Source: Phoronis australis
Taxonomy: Eukaryota > Animalia > Phoronida
Assembly (NCBI GenBank): GCA_002633005.1
Contig: NMRA01000368.1
Location: 234,166-298,165, forward strand
DNA length: 64,000 bases
Reading direction: 5' to 3'
The translations under genes and the position numbers were made by a program. The notes under the pieces are model-generated. The model did not search any database. It was not told where the DNA came from and worked only from the letters and a program-made list of their open reading frames with translations. This document shows, piece after piece, positions 1-14,600 of the stretch (its first letter is position 1; every line of letters starts with the position of its first letter).

Positions 1-1908
1 AATAAGTTAATACCGAGTCTGGTGTCTCAATCCTCATTGGATATAAAGCTGGGAATACACTAGACATATTTAAACTTAAACCAATACGTTGCTGCCTTCT
101 AAAACTCCTGAAGGCGTGATCCGCCTGTGAGATACATTGTTTAGATAACGCCTCCAGACGGCATCAGGGTCTGAGTGAAAACAAACAGTCACGCCATATG
201 ACGGGATCAGGGACGAATGAGCAGAAAGCGTGTATCAAAAGAATATTGGATCTACAGAACTCTTGCCAATAATAACAATTAGAAACAAGTGGTGTTTTGG
301 CGGTTCTTAACATTGCTGGATTTCTGGATCGTGACAAGTCGGCAATCCAAGCAGAACGATAAAAGGAAAGAGGACTTGTTCATGTACTTTGGACCAAAAG
401 GTAAGGAGGTAAGGAGGTAGAAAGGTACAATTAAGTCACACATTTCCAACAGTTATAATATTAACGATGACTTAGCTCAAAATAATCTGATGGTACACCT
501 CGTAAAACGGAAAGATGTGTTGGACGAGTTTTAAGAGGTGGGAAATGTTAAAGAGCAGGAAACACTCTATAGATCGCCAACTTCATTAGAGCACTTTTTT
601 AAGTTTCGTGTATTACAGATTATTAATAATACTTAACGTTCCGTTTTTGTTAGGACGAAGTGTAATGAAGTTGGTCAAGATGTCTCCAAAACGTGTACTT
701 CTTTTAAGTTTGATGCAACCTTTATCAGCGGCTCATGTATGCGGTTAATATTTTATGCAGTCAGACATAATTTGAACGTCACCATCAGAACTAGTATTAA
801 AAATTACTGATTACTTTCAACTGAATGAAAGGTTGAGTAATGTTGTGTCCAGGCTTAAGACACCGAGTATTCGATTTTTGCCTTCTGTTGACTGACTCTA
901 CTTATATGAAAGGTATTTGAGATTCGGGTTGCACGCCACACGATGTTTAGTTATTTTCATTCTCTTTGACACCTGTTCCTAGTTTTATAAGAATGTTCAA
1001 TGATACCGGTGACACGGGAAATAAGCTTCTTTGGGAACTAAGCTCAGACAATTTCATGCCTGCATCACTTTTTCTTCATCGGGAAACCATTCATACTAAG
1101 AACTTTCATCTGAGTATGTCGGTATTTGCCAGTATCACATAGTGCATACATGTAGGTTTATTTTTACGTTAAATTAGGTACTAACTTATGTTTTAACTTA
1201 TTACTAATTCCCAGCTCTTACTTAGCTCGGACCCAGGTTATTCTATTGAATTTAGGACACCAAAGAAACTTCAAATTCAAGAAAAATACTACTACAAAAT
1301 TGACTAACAAGAGTTTAAAGTTACAAGAGCTAATAATTTGGGAACAAGAACCATTTACTTAATTGTATTGTTTTCCATAAAAGATAACTTCAGGGCATTT
1401 CCACTTACATGCACTAAAAGACCTGTGTAACGTGACAGTCAACTTAACTATTAGTCATGATCTTAAAATAGTTTACTCATCCTGGATAATATATCACAAG
1501 AGTGCTGTTCTATTCCGATAGCTATATTCAGAATAAAAAAAAGAAGAAAAAGTTTCGTTCCCTTTATTCAACTCAGCGTGTTCAGTAGCGGACCTAGGAT
1601 ACAATAAGGGGGGGGGCAACATGATGCATCGGGAATTGGGTAAAGCGCGATTTTATGTGCACAGGCGGCACGAAAGCCGAATGTTGCGGGGGCCGGGGAT
1701 GTGGACCTCCTATTTTCAAAATCTATCGGTGGACTAAAAAAAAACNTGTTTCCTTGTGGCTATTTTGAAGAAATTTACCAAGCTATGAGGAAGTACACAT
1801 ATTGCTGTCTAAGCGAGAAATGTGAAATTCAATATAAACTGACTACCTTTTATGAAATGACGTTGCTTTTAAGGAATTATAAAACTGTAAGATAGCAACT
1901 TATAAAAC

Positions 1909-1921
1909 GAAAAGTGAAAGC
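1909..1921 (+). promoter_or_regulatory. IRF-E/ISRE-like site GAAAAGTGAAAGC
   Basis: Matches the IRF1/2 consensus G(A)AAASYGAAASY; a second core GAAACTGAAA lies at 5662-5671 in intron 1. Confidence 0.25.
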
Positions 1922-3357
1922 AAGACGAACAGGTATGTAGTGTACAGTCTTAGAAGGCGTGTTGTTTTGTACTCATCAAATCTTCGGTTAATGTGTAAAT
2001 TCCCATACGCCGTTAGAACCGAAAACAGGTTATTTAGGATGTGAATCAGGAATACATGTATAAGTGACTGATTATTTAACTGGAGATAACATGGAGCGGG
2101 AAATTGAATGTAATACAACATTCGTGATTATAACCAAGAATTGAAACCAGCACAGTATCAAACAATTCGGTAGCGACAAAAGAGATTTTTTTCTACTGTT
2201 ATATGCACATATTGTATGGTTTACTTGAAATGCAGCAATCAAACTTGAAAATCAGCGACCAATACGCTGTAATTCAAAGGGGTCAGTCACTTACTGTAGA
2301 AATAATTCTCAGTTGTAAAAAGCATAGAGTTTCTTGTTGACTGAGAACATGGCAAACTCCACTAATAGAAACATTCTCATTACAACAACAATATTCATTA
2401 ACAATACTTTCTTTCATCAACGGCAAAATGTATGAAATGCGATCGTTTATAAAACATGTGTCTTGAAAAAACTCACTGCTAATGAAAAACTAATATTTAT
2501 TTTGCCCTCCGTTCCCATTCACGCTAAATTTAAGCTATTCATCGCTACAGATAATCACCTATTCAAACTTTTTAGCGTACAATTTCGCAGAAATGAGTCA
2601 CAGAAAAGGGGCTTCATGTGCGAAAGCAAGACTGCAGTAATTTTTTTTTTCAATGTCAATGTCAACTGCATATCCAAACACGAAAATGAGAACAAAATAT
2701 CTGCGTGTTGATTTAGTTCTTAACCAATTGTTGCTCATGCTGTCGCAAAATTGGCCTGAGTTTCAATGACAGCCATGGTTAAAACCAGGATGTCTCCAAA
2801 GTGTCTGAAAATCCGTCTAAACGTTTTATTTTTGCAAAGACTTAACATTTTTTGCTACCCCAATAACATGTTGTTTTCTCTACCTTAGTACATATAAATA
2901 ATATACTTATGTATCATATTTCCCAAGTATTTGATGTGAACTTTGAGAATAATGCAAAAAGTTGTTCATTATTCTAATAGCACGCTTGAAAGATTCCAAA
3001 CAAGATATTCTTCCGTCCCAGTAACTACAGCGTACGCTCTTCCATTTGGGGTACGATATTATTTGATGTATTGGACTGTATTTAGGTTACGTATTTGGTC
3101 TTTCATTGAACTAATAAACTTAGTATCAGGAAAAGCATGCAGAGTGTAGTCCCTGAAATTGTGTTCTAAATTAAAGATTGTATGTTTGTTGTGAGAAATA
3201 TGTTTTTGTTTGTTGCCATACTACTGGGAACCCTTGATGGAATAATGTGTAAGCTCCCACCCGTGTCCGTTATTGTCTTGAAAATGCAACAAAATGCTTT
3301 GATAGAACTTCGGCTTAAAATGCATGAAAGGATGCGTTCCGTACGCGCAAAATTCTC

Positions 3358-3367
3358 GGGAAATCCC
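3358..3367. promoter_or_regulatory. Consensus NF-kappaB site GGGAAATCCC upstream of the immune-like gene
   Basis: Exact match to GGGRNWYYCC, about 2 kb upstream of the first coding exon; could be chance. Confidence 0.3.
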
Positions 3368-5366
3368 ACTATCATGCAGTATTAGCGATCACATTAGCTT
3401 TTTTCGCGAAATTCTTAACTCTATGGTATGGCATGCAGTCCAGGATACCGGAATTTCGATTCCCTGATCTCAGCAGAGATGACATACGTTAGGCTTAATT
3501 TGTTCGTTCATTATACATGTAAGTTGTGTTTTTAAAATGTCACGTTTAATTTTGGATTAAATTAGTTTGTTCAATATAAAGTTGCTACTAACATTTCTAT
3601 GTAAAGCGAGTCGAATTTTTTTTGAAAAACTTAGATGAAGATCAGACTAACGTACATGTATCTGGACCATAAAAGTACTGAAATATATATTTTAGATTAT
3701 TAGAAAAATTATGAAAAAGGACATCCATAATAAGACCAGTTTATTGTAAATGTCTAGATATTTATCAATGGTCGTTGCTGCAGTAGATTTGCCGGATAGC
3801 ACATTGTGTCATTTGTTGGGTATAGAGGAGAGGTCTTGCTATTGATTTCCATTATTTGTCGACGATTTTTTTATCACATGTCCGTTTTTTTGATGTAAAC
3901 ATACCTACACTATGAGTATAAGAATTATTAGTCCACGTACATGCCTCTGGTGCGTTGGTCACATCACGTGCCCTGTAGTGTAGCCCCAACGAACTCTTAA
4001 AGATAAACTCGAAAGGTTTGTCGTACAAAAATAAGAGCAATAAATTTGCATACCCCAAAAGACCATCTTTAGTCTAGCGCGACAACTGATTAACAGTGAA
4101 CAATCTTATGCCAGCCGCACACGACACGGCAACGGAAGTGCCTTACCCTGGCTTCACGGCATAGTCAACCTGTAGGTGGTGCTTCCCCATATGGAAACCC
4201 TCGGGTCTATTCCAAACCTCCAATTTTCCTTCGGTGGTGAATGTTGTTTGCACATAACTGGGCTTCAGTTACAAGAATGTCACGTGACTTTCAAATTGGC
4301 AAAACACACGTTACACTTATAACATTGAAACAAAACAAAACTACTTCAGTCATAAACCTTTTCAACTCTTTACGGGATTTAATTTTACTCAAATTCCAAT
4401 GGTGGAGCTGCAGCCCCGCCATATTGGACATGTGCCGGAATGTTGCAATGTGGCTATAGAAGTACATGTATTATTCAATAAACGAATACGTCAACAAGAG
4501 AACGGGAGACGGTCACGCGGAGGCTATGCATATACGTGTTGTGCCTGACTCCTTTAAAGAGTTCCCACCTTCCCACCATTCATAGTTTTTGAGATATCAG
4601 TTAGCTAATATGAAATGAATGCCATAAAATCTAGCTACGTAAGCATTTTGTATGCCAAAGCAGGCTGATCGATGTAGGTTTGTGTAGGTTTAAAGTCATT
4701 GTATGGGCGCAGCAATCCAAAGAGACGTGCTTTTTCTTTCAGTTGTATTGACGTCAGAACCCCGTAATTGCGACAAATAGGCCTACATGTAAAAGTTTTA
4801 TGCTAGTTGCAACAATACCAAAATCGAAACATAAAAGAGGTTATGCCAGTTGTAAAAACGCTATTCGGACGTCGCTCGACGGATTTCAATTGCATATCCA
4901 CTGCTTACAAGTTGATTGCTGGTCGGACTCGGCGGGGTTGAAAGTTTGTTGCATTGACGTTATTTCTACGTCGATATTATGAGGGACCCAACGTCGGATA
5001 GACGTCGTACATGTAAATCGCCGTTGATTGTTGGTTGTACATGTGTTCTAACTTTGCTTCCACGTAGATGTTTTGTCGGATCCGAAAAGGCACAGACTTA
5101 GCAAAAGGAAGTTGATTGTTGGTTGGCGTTGCTTCAACGTTCATTATTTTTCATTAATTATTTCAGGGTAGCACGCAGGAGTTTACGCTTAGCCAAAACA
5201 AAGACGTTTTTTAAATGGCGTTTCGTTTTAGATAGTATTCCACCCCGAGTAGCAAAATCAACGATAAAAGAACGCTTTATGGCTTGGCGCCCTGTTATTT
5301 CTTTGCATTTTGTATACGGCACTACATCCTGATATCTACCATTTTTAACGGGTGTCTTACTTTCAG

Positions 5367-5600
5367 GCTCTTGCACTTGACAAGTGATGAAGCAATTGCC
5401 GGGTAATGTCAAAACATTAACCGGAACCAAAAGAACCAAAACTCTAACAATGGCTGAATGCAGCCCCTCGCTGGATAACTGCAGAGTAGAAAATATAGAT
5501 GAAACTCAAGAATCTAAATGCACATACACCGCTGGTGAAGAACCATCACCAGCGCCAACAAACAGTAGAAAGAAGGAGGAGGTGAATGAGGACGAAACAG
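5367..5600 (+). CDS. First coding exon (MAECSPSLDNCRVENIDETQESK...EDET); an upstream non-coding exon is implied
   Basis: Acceptor tttcag ends at 5366; ATG at 5450 (alternative in-frame ATG at 5387); donor G|gtaacg at 5600/5601; acidic, low-complexity peptide. Confidence 0.7.
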
Positions 5601-8600
5601 GTAACGAATTGCAAGGCAGGTGATGTTATACGAATGTTCCGTTCGTTGAGTTCCTTTACAAGAAACTGAAAATATCAATTCAATCTTGAGTACGATCATC
5701 GCCTATAAGGCGAACATATCACGTGTACAAAGTGTCATCTGACATCCCTGTCAACCTCCCTCATCCTTCTTACCTCCTTCTCACTCCCTTCTAAAACCGG
5801 GTTTTTTGGCTGTTTTGGAGATGAATAGGTCAAGAGTATTATTGTGGGCGTAAGTACATGTATGGACTGAGTAATGAGTAATTTCACTGGTTATCTGTGT
5901 GAATAGACATATGTTTGTATAAATAAATCTTTTTCAGTGAGGCGTGGAGATATGTTGGAAATGGTTTATCCCTGCACGGTTAGCAGAAGGTCATGGGTTC
6001 GAGTCCCGGTCAGGGGCAGAAATCTTTTCGGACTTACATTCATTAGGTCACGTCACGTGACCAAAAGATGGCGGGTTGAACGGGATAAACTATTTCCAAC
6101 ATATGCAGCCGATTTCATAAATGTGGATTAACTTAAACCTGGTCTTCCTAAACCTGGTCTAATTTTAGACCTGACTTGCATTTCACCAACATGGTTTAAG
6201 AGTCTGAAAGCCTAGTTTTGCAGCTGGTTCAGTAAAACTGTTACTGTGTCAACCATATCACGTCTACTAGACAAAGTGTCATCTAATGTCAGAACAATTC
6301 TCGGACTCTTTACCGTCGGAGGTGTCCCCACCTCCATCCCTCTCAACCTCCCTGCTCCTTCTTTGCTCCCCCTCTCTCCATTATGAAACCGGGTAATGTG
6401 GCTGTTTGAAAATGAGTAGGTCAACAGCATTACGGATGGGTAAGTGTTGACTGAGTAATGAGTAATTTCACTGGTTATGTGTTGCTTTTTGAATTTGCTG
6501 GTTTGTCGGTGAAAACGTTTTTTCGATGTGAGAATCGTAAGTTAGGGCATATGTCTTGGGGGGAGGGGCAGCACCAGGATCACAAATGGGGTAGACGAGG
6601 AGATGATTTCACTGGCGGCTGTGGAAAGATATTGAAAATCACCAGGCATGGTATTTTGTGGACTCATTGTAAGCCTGGTACACCGATATGAAATGCCGAC
6701 TTGGATATACATTTTTCATGACCCTTTATTTGTCAATCCAACATAATATTTCAGGAGAATCTGAACATGGATCGTATAGGCAAGGGCTTTCTGATGCAAT
6801 CAATGGTCGAGTAATAAGTGGAGTGCATTCTCTCAGTATTTTTGACAACGTGGACAATCTCCAGATGGGGAACAACAATACTATGATTGAGTGTCAGGAG
6901 GAACCGGGAAATAGTGAGTACATGTGTTCACAAGAAAGATTTGAATTTACAGGACACATAAGATATGACACAGTCCGAAACTTCATACAGAAAGGGTAAA
7001 AGGCAGGAATTTCTTGCTTTCATGCAACACGAAAACGAAATATTTACTAAAAGTTATTTTAACCATCTTCTGATGGACTAATCAAAGTAAAAAATAAGGT
7101 GATTTTAGATAAAAGTCCAGCGCAATCAATCAAATACTTTCTCGAATTCTACCAGTGAAGCCAACCCTAGACGTTCACCTGACTGAGGACAAAACCTTAA
7201 TTCACAATGCACGCGGATATTTTCGTCCCTAATTCTTCCTGAAATGAATCCTGTTTGGTCTTCACTGATTAATTTTCCCATAACAGATTACTAAAAACGT
7301 TCAGCCACAGCCAATGATGTCATTTTTACGTTACATTTGGTAAACATACAATCTGTATTTTTAAATAATGATCACTTGTGCTTTGAAGATATAAGTAATC
7401 AGGTCCGTTTTCAATGTGCTTGATATTACTGAGCTTTAACTACACGTTAAACGCGAACGCGAACGTGGGTCGGAATTACTATGTCAAACCAATGACTTAT
7501 ACATTTCCGCGACAAGTCCTGTCACTCGTTTGGAAACAACGCGAAGACAACGAATCTCACGAAAGTGCAAAACGTGATTTTCAATTGTCCATTTATCATA
7601 AAAAGTCGTTTGATGCATGCAACTTTTTAAACGTCTTTTGAAAAATTACCAATAGTGAAGTGTAGAGCATGATTGTGTCCCACACAGTTGGATGTCTGAA
7701 ATATCATAGGAGGATCCAGAGGGTCAAGGAGATCCGAACTTCTTTTTACCCTTGATTTTGGAGAAATCAAATCTAAAAGTTTCAATCTTTTGACTTGAAC
7801 CCCCTTTTCAAAAAATCTTTGATCCGACCCTCCCTTTAAAAATCCTGGATCCGCTCTTGAATATGACCTTTGTTTGGGGGCCCTTCTCCCATTGCGGATT
7901 TTTTCAGAAAATCCAAGGAAAACAGTGGCAATAAGTGACACACATTTGCTGTCAAACACAGTAGCGTGTAGAGGTTTGATGATCTGTACTTAAATGCATG
8001 AGTCCTAGTACTAAGAAAGATGTTACATAAAGTTAAAGCTAAAGTAAACTAATCACTCCAAATTTCAAAAGGGATATGCGTAGTGACTGGAGGCTCCATC
8101 CCTGCCCGGGGCAGCAGCCCTGTCGCCCCCCTCCCCTCTTTCTGCCCTCCACTGCCAAAATATCTCTATCACGATAATATTCCAAGAAAGCAAATGAGAT
8201 GAATGGCTTGATTAAACTGTAATGTTAGAGTTAAACACAAATCTTTTTTCTCAGTGCAATTTTGCTCAAAATCAGTGTTGGTATCACAAAAATGACAGCT
8301 TAAATTTTTTGATCATTTGGATGTTGATTGTTTTCACGGGGGACAGAACATAATGTTGTCACCATGGTCATATTTAGTTCCTCGAGCTGCCACCACTGTT
8401 TAACGCAGTTGCCGGTAACAGTCAACTTTATGGATCCCTGAGGTCAGAATGACAGCATTATTCAATGGAAGTAACTGGTTCTGCTGAAATCTGGGACCAA
8501 TCCGCGACCCAAAAAACCTACTAGTCAATGCCGTGCCACAGTGACATCACCACAGTGTCGCTCACACGGTGGCTATCATTAGGTAACCCTTCTCATGGGC

Positions 8601-11600
8601 GGCGCAGAACTGAAAAAAGTTGGGCTATAGCCCTCCAGTCCCTTTTTATGGGCCGCCCATGCTTTTTCAGCGGCGTTCGCGTTTGACGTGAAGCTAAAAC
8701 TCACCAAAAGGAAACTCGACATTTTAGCAAATAAAGAATCAAAGAAATTAATGACCGACGTTAGTCCAAGCAATTCAAACATTTGACTGAAAAACCTTCA
8801 GAACCTACATAACGTTGTTTTTCATTTTTTCTCAAACAGCGTGAATTCTCTTTGTATACACTATAAAAGACCTCCAATTTTCCTTTCCCGCACACACCTT
8901 ATTACCTGAAGAAGAGTCTCTAAGGCAATATCAGATACTTCTTACAACTCATCACCATTGGTTTCATGTCTCTAGAAAGTTAAGTGCGAAACTCTTGGTT
9001 GGCAAACCTTGGCTCTTTTGACCTCAGGTCATAAGATATATCCTCCAACTGACTTTAGCTGCTGCAGGGAGCGTGCGTTGGCAACTGTTGTATCCCCTTC
9101 GCTTAAGTGTGGGTTTTGGTATTTGTACATAATTAGTAGTGTACTCAGACGGTGGATATTCATCCAGGTGAATAAATAGATGCAAAAAAAATATATTTTA
9201 CAACTTCTGTTGCCCAATTCTTAGTTCCATTTCTGAGCAGAGAATGTTATTTGAAGTATTCACTAGAAAGCGAGAAATGAAAAGTTTACATATCAATCAC
9301 GCCAAGCGATATTACGAGATCCTGACAGTAAAAGGCCCAGTTAGGTTTTCGTTCTTTGGGTAGGGAAACAAGGATAACTACAGGCTTATGTATACATATG
9401 AATGTAATTATATTTCAGATGAACTAAAAAAGGAGGACAGTAGCGGACAACCCTCCCATTGTACTACTAACACGCCTGGACGTGCGAATTCTTCTTGTGT
9501 CGCTGTTTTGCGTGACGTAAAGAACGCCCAGATAGGAAACTGTAACAAAATGATGGTTGCTGGTCAAATAAACAACGAAGACACAGAATACTTTAGGGCC
9601 CAACATGAACAAATTGGAAGTTCAAACCCAGACACGCCGTCTGGCCAGGTTTCATCAGACGGCAGCTCAGAGAGCACAATTAATGAAGGAATTAATAAAG
9701 GTAATGGCCCATGGACTGTATTTTGAAGGGTTCCAGCAAGGGCATTTCACAGTCTTATTATCGAAACACCACAGGTGTTACCTCTCAAGACCGACACTTT
9801 CAAGACATACACCTTCTTTAAATGAACAATGTTGTCATCATATACAATTGTCAGAGCAATCTTATCCAACAGTTCATGTGACACTGGTGACATAGTCATT
9901 TGGTTTTATGTTGCAAGAGTGTAGTCACTTTTGTGCAAACTGATTTTGGCTAAAACTACTGCAAGGTCTTACAGTAGGCAGACAAGCGCCTTTGCTACAT
10001 AGGGTATACCTTGTACAGAAAAGGAATCGTCTTTTGAGCAATGTCATGAACAATCAATGCAATGTTCTTCCAGAGTCACCATGGAATGTGGCTTACGTTA
10101 TTTTATTATCCGTCCATTGATGCTCCGTTCCTCAAATTTCTTTGTCTTGTAAACTGGCATGTTATTCATGGTTCCATGTACTTACATCGTCTTCTGCCAT
10201 CTGTAAGTTAACAAGTTAGTGGCTTATTGGTCCTGTAAAGTGTAAATTGGCCACGTTGGGTGTTGGCATATGAACAATGCGGATGGAGTGGCGTTATTGT
10301 GTGACCATAAGGAAGCCATGGTATTGCGTTTTAGGAACACTTAGACACCATAAATATCAGTGGATCTGTATTTGCCCATGTGGCTCACTTGCGCCCAAAC
10401 AGACGTTCACAGAATATTTGAACGAAATTGTCCCCTTAACTTTGAGAACAACTTACTGAGTTAATGAACCCACCAAGTGGATCGCAAGTTTCACGAATCA
10501 AGTAAGGAGTAGTACGGGACATGGGCTGCACATAATGGAGGGTTGGGGGGGGGGCTATGACCCCCTTTTATTTCAGTGCTGCGCCGCCCGCTGTCTACGC
10601 GGGGACTGGGGGGAGGGCATAACCCCAATTTTTCATTGATGCGCCGCCCTTGCTGGATACACGTGTAACTAAATGAAGTAGGAACTAAATGAAGTAGGCA
10701 TCGTGTCCATAAGACCTTTGCTTTAATATCAATGATCACCGACAGAATGATAAACACAACAAATTTGCAAGTTTGCCTAAATACAACATCTTTTTGGTTT
10801 CAGGTGCCAGTGATGGTTGTTCTGCGGAGCCCGAACCAACACACGATATCAAATTAAATGAATTGGTGACAGAAGCGATCGATGGTAATTTATCAATGTA
10901 CAAATGACACAGTTGACAATTACGGCGTAAACACGTTGTAGCTTTAAAAATATGACACATAACTAATCATTATCGATAGAAATTTAAAGGTACAGGAAAA
11001 ACCTATGTCACGTGGTAAATACTTTGCCGGTAGGCGTTTGAAATAACACAGTTTGACTGGAATGTAATTATGAGTTTATTGATCAAATGTTTAAATTTTC
11101 TCAAATAAATCGTAAAAATTCCCAAAGAAGGTTAATCTAATCAGTCTGTGATCACGTTTTCCCTTTCCCGTCGTTGTCATTGGATTCAACGTTACGTTTG
11201 TTGTCTGTGACGAGTTTCCTTTCTCTTGATCAAGCCATCCATTGTTCCAAGTAGTCTTCATTTGACAGAATGCTTCGGAAAAAAACATAAAGTTCAGTCC
11301 GTCAAAGATTAGATATGTTAACATGAATTCAGTCCATCGAATTCTATATACGATGTATCCTATTGAAATTCGGTCCATCGAATTTCTGCTACAATGCATC
11401 GGATTGAAATTCAGTCCATCCAATTTCTAACATTTGTGATATTTATGTAGCAATCCAGTGGCATCTCTTCAAGAAATATCTGCGATAACTCTATAGCTAT
11501 CTGGTTGCCACTCTTCAAGAAATATACCTTCTTGAATAGCTAACAGAATATTCATACTGAACAGATTAAATGTGGCCGAGATAGATTAAAACATAAAACC

Positions 11601-14600
11601 CCAAAACTTCCTCCAAACGCTACTCGTAGTTAAAAACAATTCTCGGAACAAAATCGTATGATTCCAAATAAGAACCCATGCCGTCGCCAAACATGGTAAC
11701 GGACAGCTACAGTTTTAAGTATTTTCTGATCAATGATAACAAGATTATTGTTGTTGCATGAAATGGCTCGCCCCAAAGTTGACCAGTTCCCGTGAATTTA
11801 AAGTTACATAACTCTGCTAGCATAACATGAACACATGGTCACAAATTTCGGTAAACAGCCAATACATTTAATTAATTACACATGCATTATTCGCATGCAC
11901 ATAATTAACTTTCTCATTCAAAACTTGCATTTGAGTTTATTTGGGTAAAAATCCATGAGTGCGCATCAGTAGATATAAGTGCAGCACATGTATGAAATCT
12001 TTAATAACCGATACTGCACTCAAATCAAGAAAAATGTATGCATGTTCTCATTTCGTGATGACTGGCCAACTAATCATTTTGGTCATGGTGACAACCTGTA
12101 CCTGAAGACACGTCTAAGGAAATAACGGAAATATGATTAACGTGGAAACAAAGAAAAATGTCAAAGGTTCTGTTCTAGGGTAGCTCGTACTCTGGACGAC
12201 ACAATTATCTCCCTAAAAAATTATGTTTTTGCTTTTTCAGACGCTGAACATTTAGTTGACAGTAGCTCGAGATTGCTGCAGCACATTGACAGTGACTCGC
12301 AAGGTTCGTATGGAGTTGTCGTGCACACATTATATCAATGCATAAAAATTTCTACTAACATTTTGGTGTGCAAACGCAGTTTTATTTGAAATAAAATTCG
12401 AGCACCATTTTGAACTGAAAGTAAAAAATAATGACCAATTTGTTATTCTGAGCCGTCGGTGCGGGGAACATGGGCTGCAGGAGATACGGGTCTGAGAACA
12501 GTAAGACGACCGCCTTAAGCATCTAACAAGAATCTAATTTTTCAATACCTTAAAAAACAGAGCATGTGATGTATGAGCTACACTCTTCAAGGCTAACCTT
12601 CTAGGGAAAAGAGTTGGTTACAAGTATGTAATGCAAATCCATATGGTTTTTGTTCCCAAATATCAATTTAAGCACATTAATGTGTCAATAAATAACATTC
12701 CTTTTATTGTTGATCAATCCTATAACATTTTCAAATTATTTGGTTGGGATGTTGCACAGAAATAGTGTCATATAGCTTCGTATAGATGTCTTTTTACATC
12801 TTCTACAAATCCATGTACTTATGAAGAACCAACAAACAAATGGTCGAAATCACACAACTTTAAAAGGGACTTACAACTAATCAAGTTACTGCTTAAGCTT
12901 GTGGGCTTCTGGTTAGAGTACGTATTGATGTGGTTAAGTTACATGTAGATAAATATTTCACTTGACATCAAATCATGTTTCAACGATTCAACGATCTTAA
13001 GCTCATTCTTGTCAATCACAGTTTTGGTAATTCTCGACCAGTTGCTTGTATATCACGAAAAGTGGATGAGTCATGAAAGTTAAAACGTAAAGTTGGAAGT
13101 TCATTTCTTCCAGAAGACTACAAGTAGGCCTATAGAATTTGTTGCACCAGTGTTACAGTTGAAGGAATGAATCTACACATTATCTAATGCATAACGTTTT
13201 GGTGCGTCAGGTAACGATTCTCCTGCTAAAGAACACTCAAACGAAGGAAGGATGCGGACTGTGGAAAGCACGATAATAGAGCAACAAAATGCTGAGAACT
13301 CTCAGCTTCGGAAAGAAATTATTGTATTGTCACGTGGAAACTGGAAGGTGATTTTTTTAAAAAGTGGCTGCATCGAAATAACCTTTGAATGCACGAGTTT
13401 GGAAGATGTTGAAGACCTTAGAAAACAACTGTTGGATGGTCATTTAGATGGAAACCTCAAAAGAGCTTTCATGACCGAAGAAGTAACGAAATTGACCGAG
13501 GGTGTTGACTTTGACATCAGCATCGAGGTTGTCGATATACGTACAAGTAAGTGCAGTCACAACAGGATACTCGTGTAGTGCTTTAGATGGCAAATTCATG
13601 ATGTAAATCGTTGGATAATTCAACTTTTCGCATTGCCATTCTCTGACAGGGCTTCATTTTCAGAAGTTTCAGAAATTGTACAATAAGCTTGTACTTGTCT
13701 GGCATGTACTGATAAAGCATTAGAACGGAATAGAGAGTAAAGAAATCGTCTCTTGGTGTCTTAGCAGCTGTAACTCTGAGATAAAATCCTTCACGTGCTT
13801 ATTGTAAACACTTCAGCACACAAGTTTGGAAATTTGTGTTCACTCTTCCGTGTTCTCCTTACTTTTGGTTTATTTAAAATAATCATGTTGCATTCCCTTT
13901 TTCAACAATATTACAATATGTCAACAAATTTTTGATGTGCCCAGTAATTTATTGCCACAGAGAGCGTGGTCTCAAAGTAAATGTTGCAAATTTCCCTGTT
14001 TTTGCCAAGTAGTGTCACCACGTGTGATGTGCTGGTGATTAACACTGGGGTGAGGGGTAAACACCAAATGTGTGAGACACTGTAGTAGCATAGAACCCCT
14101 GCTGTTAGGAAGCTCAATAAGAATCGCAATTATGCAAATTGTGGTTGGAGTGTCCAGCTTGCAGCTTTCTTGAAATGTGAAAATTTGGTGTTCTGGCTCC
14201 AAGTATGCCACGTTTGCCTGAAACCGAGAAGGTCCGAGCTCTTGAACAAGTTGATGTTGATCTTCCCAGAATGTATTAGGCACCTCCTGACTCAGGAGTG
14301 GAATGCCATCACCCAGCTACGAATCACCAGGCTAGTAAACAGCATGCGAAGAAGATCTGTCGCTGTATTGACTGCGAGTAGATTGTCAACCCAATACTGG
14401 GAAGACCACTGTTATCTATCAGTCAGATCATCACTATTGTCTATCAGTTGGTTGTTTAAAAAATAAAGTGATTAAGTGTTGCCTAATTGTCATTAGTTTT
14501 TAGTTCCATGGAACCAGCATTGAAATTGCTATTGAAAAAGATGAATGCTTTAACTTGAATACACATTTAGCTCCAACTGAATTTGCAACATTCACTTTGA

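Noticed and set aside
258-400. Possible upstream exon ending at aag|gtaagg (400/401)
   Set aside because: Good donor but no convincing reading frame; it could be a 5' UTR exon, which cannot be supported without transcripts
6914-6999. Extension of exon 2 to the GG|gtaaaa site at 6995
   Set aside because: That site is phase 2 and would shift the frame of exon 3; the A|gtgagt donor at 6913 is stronger and phase 1
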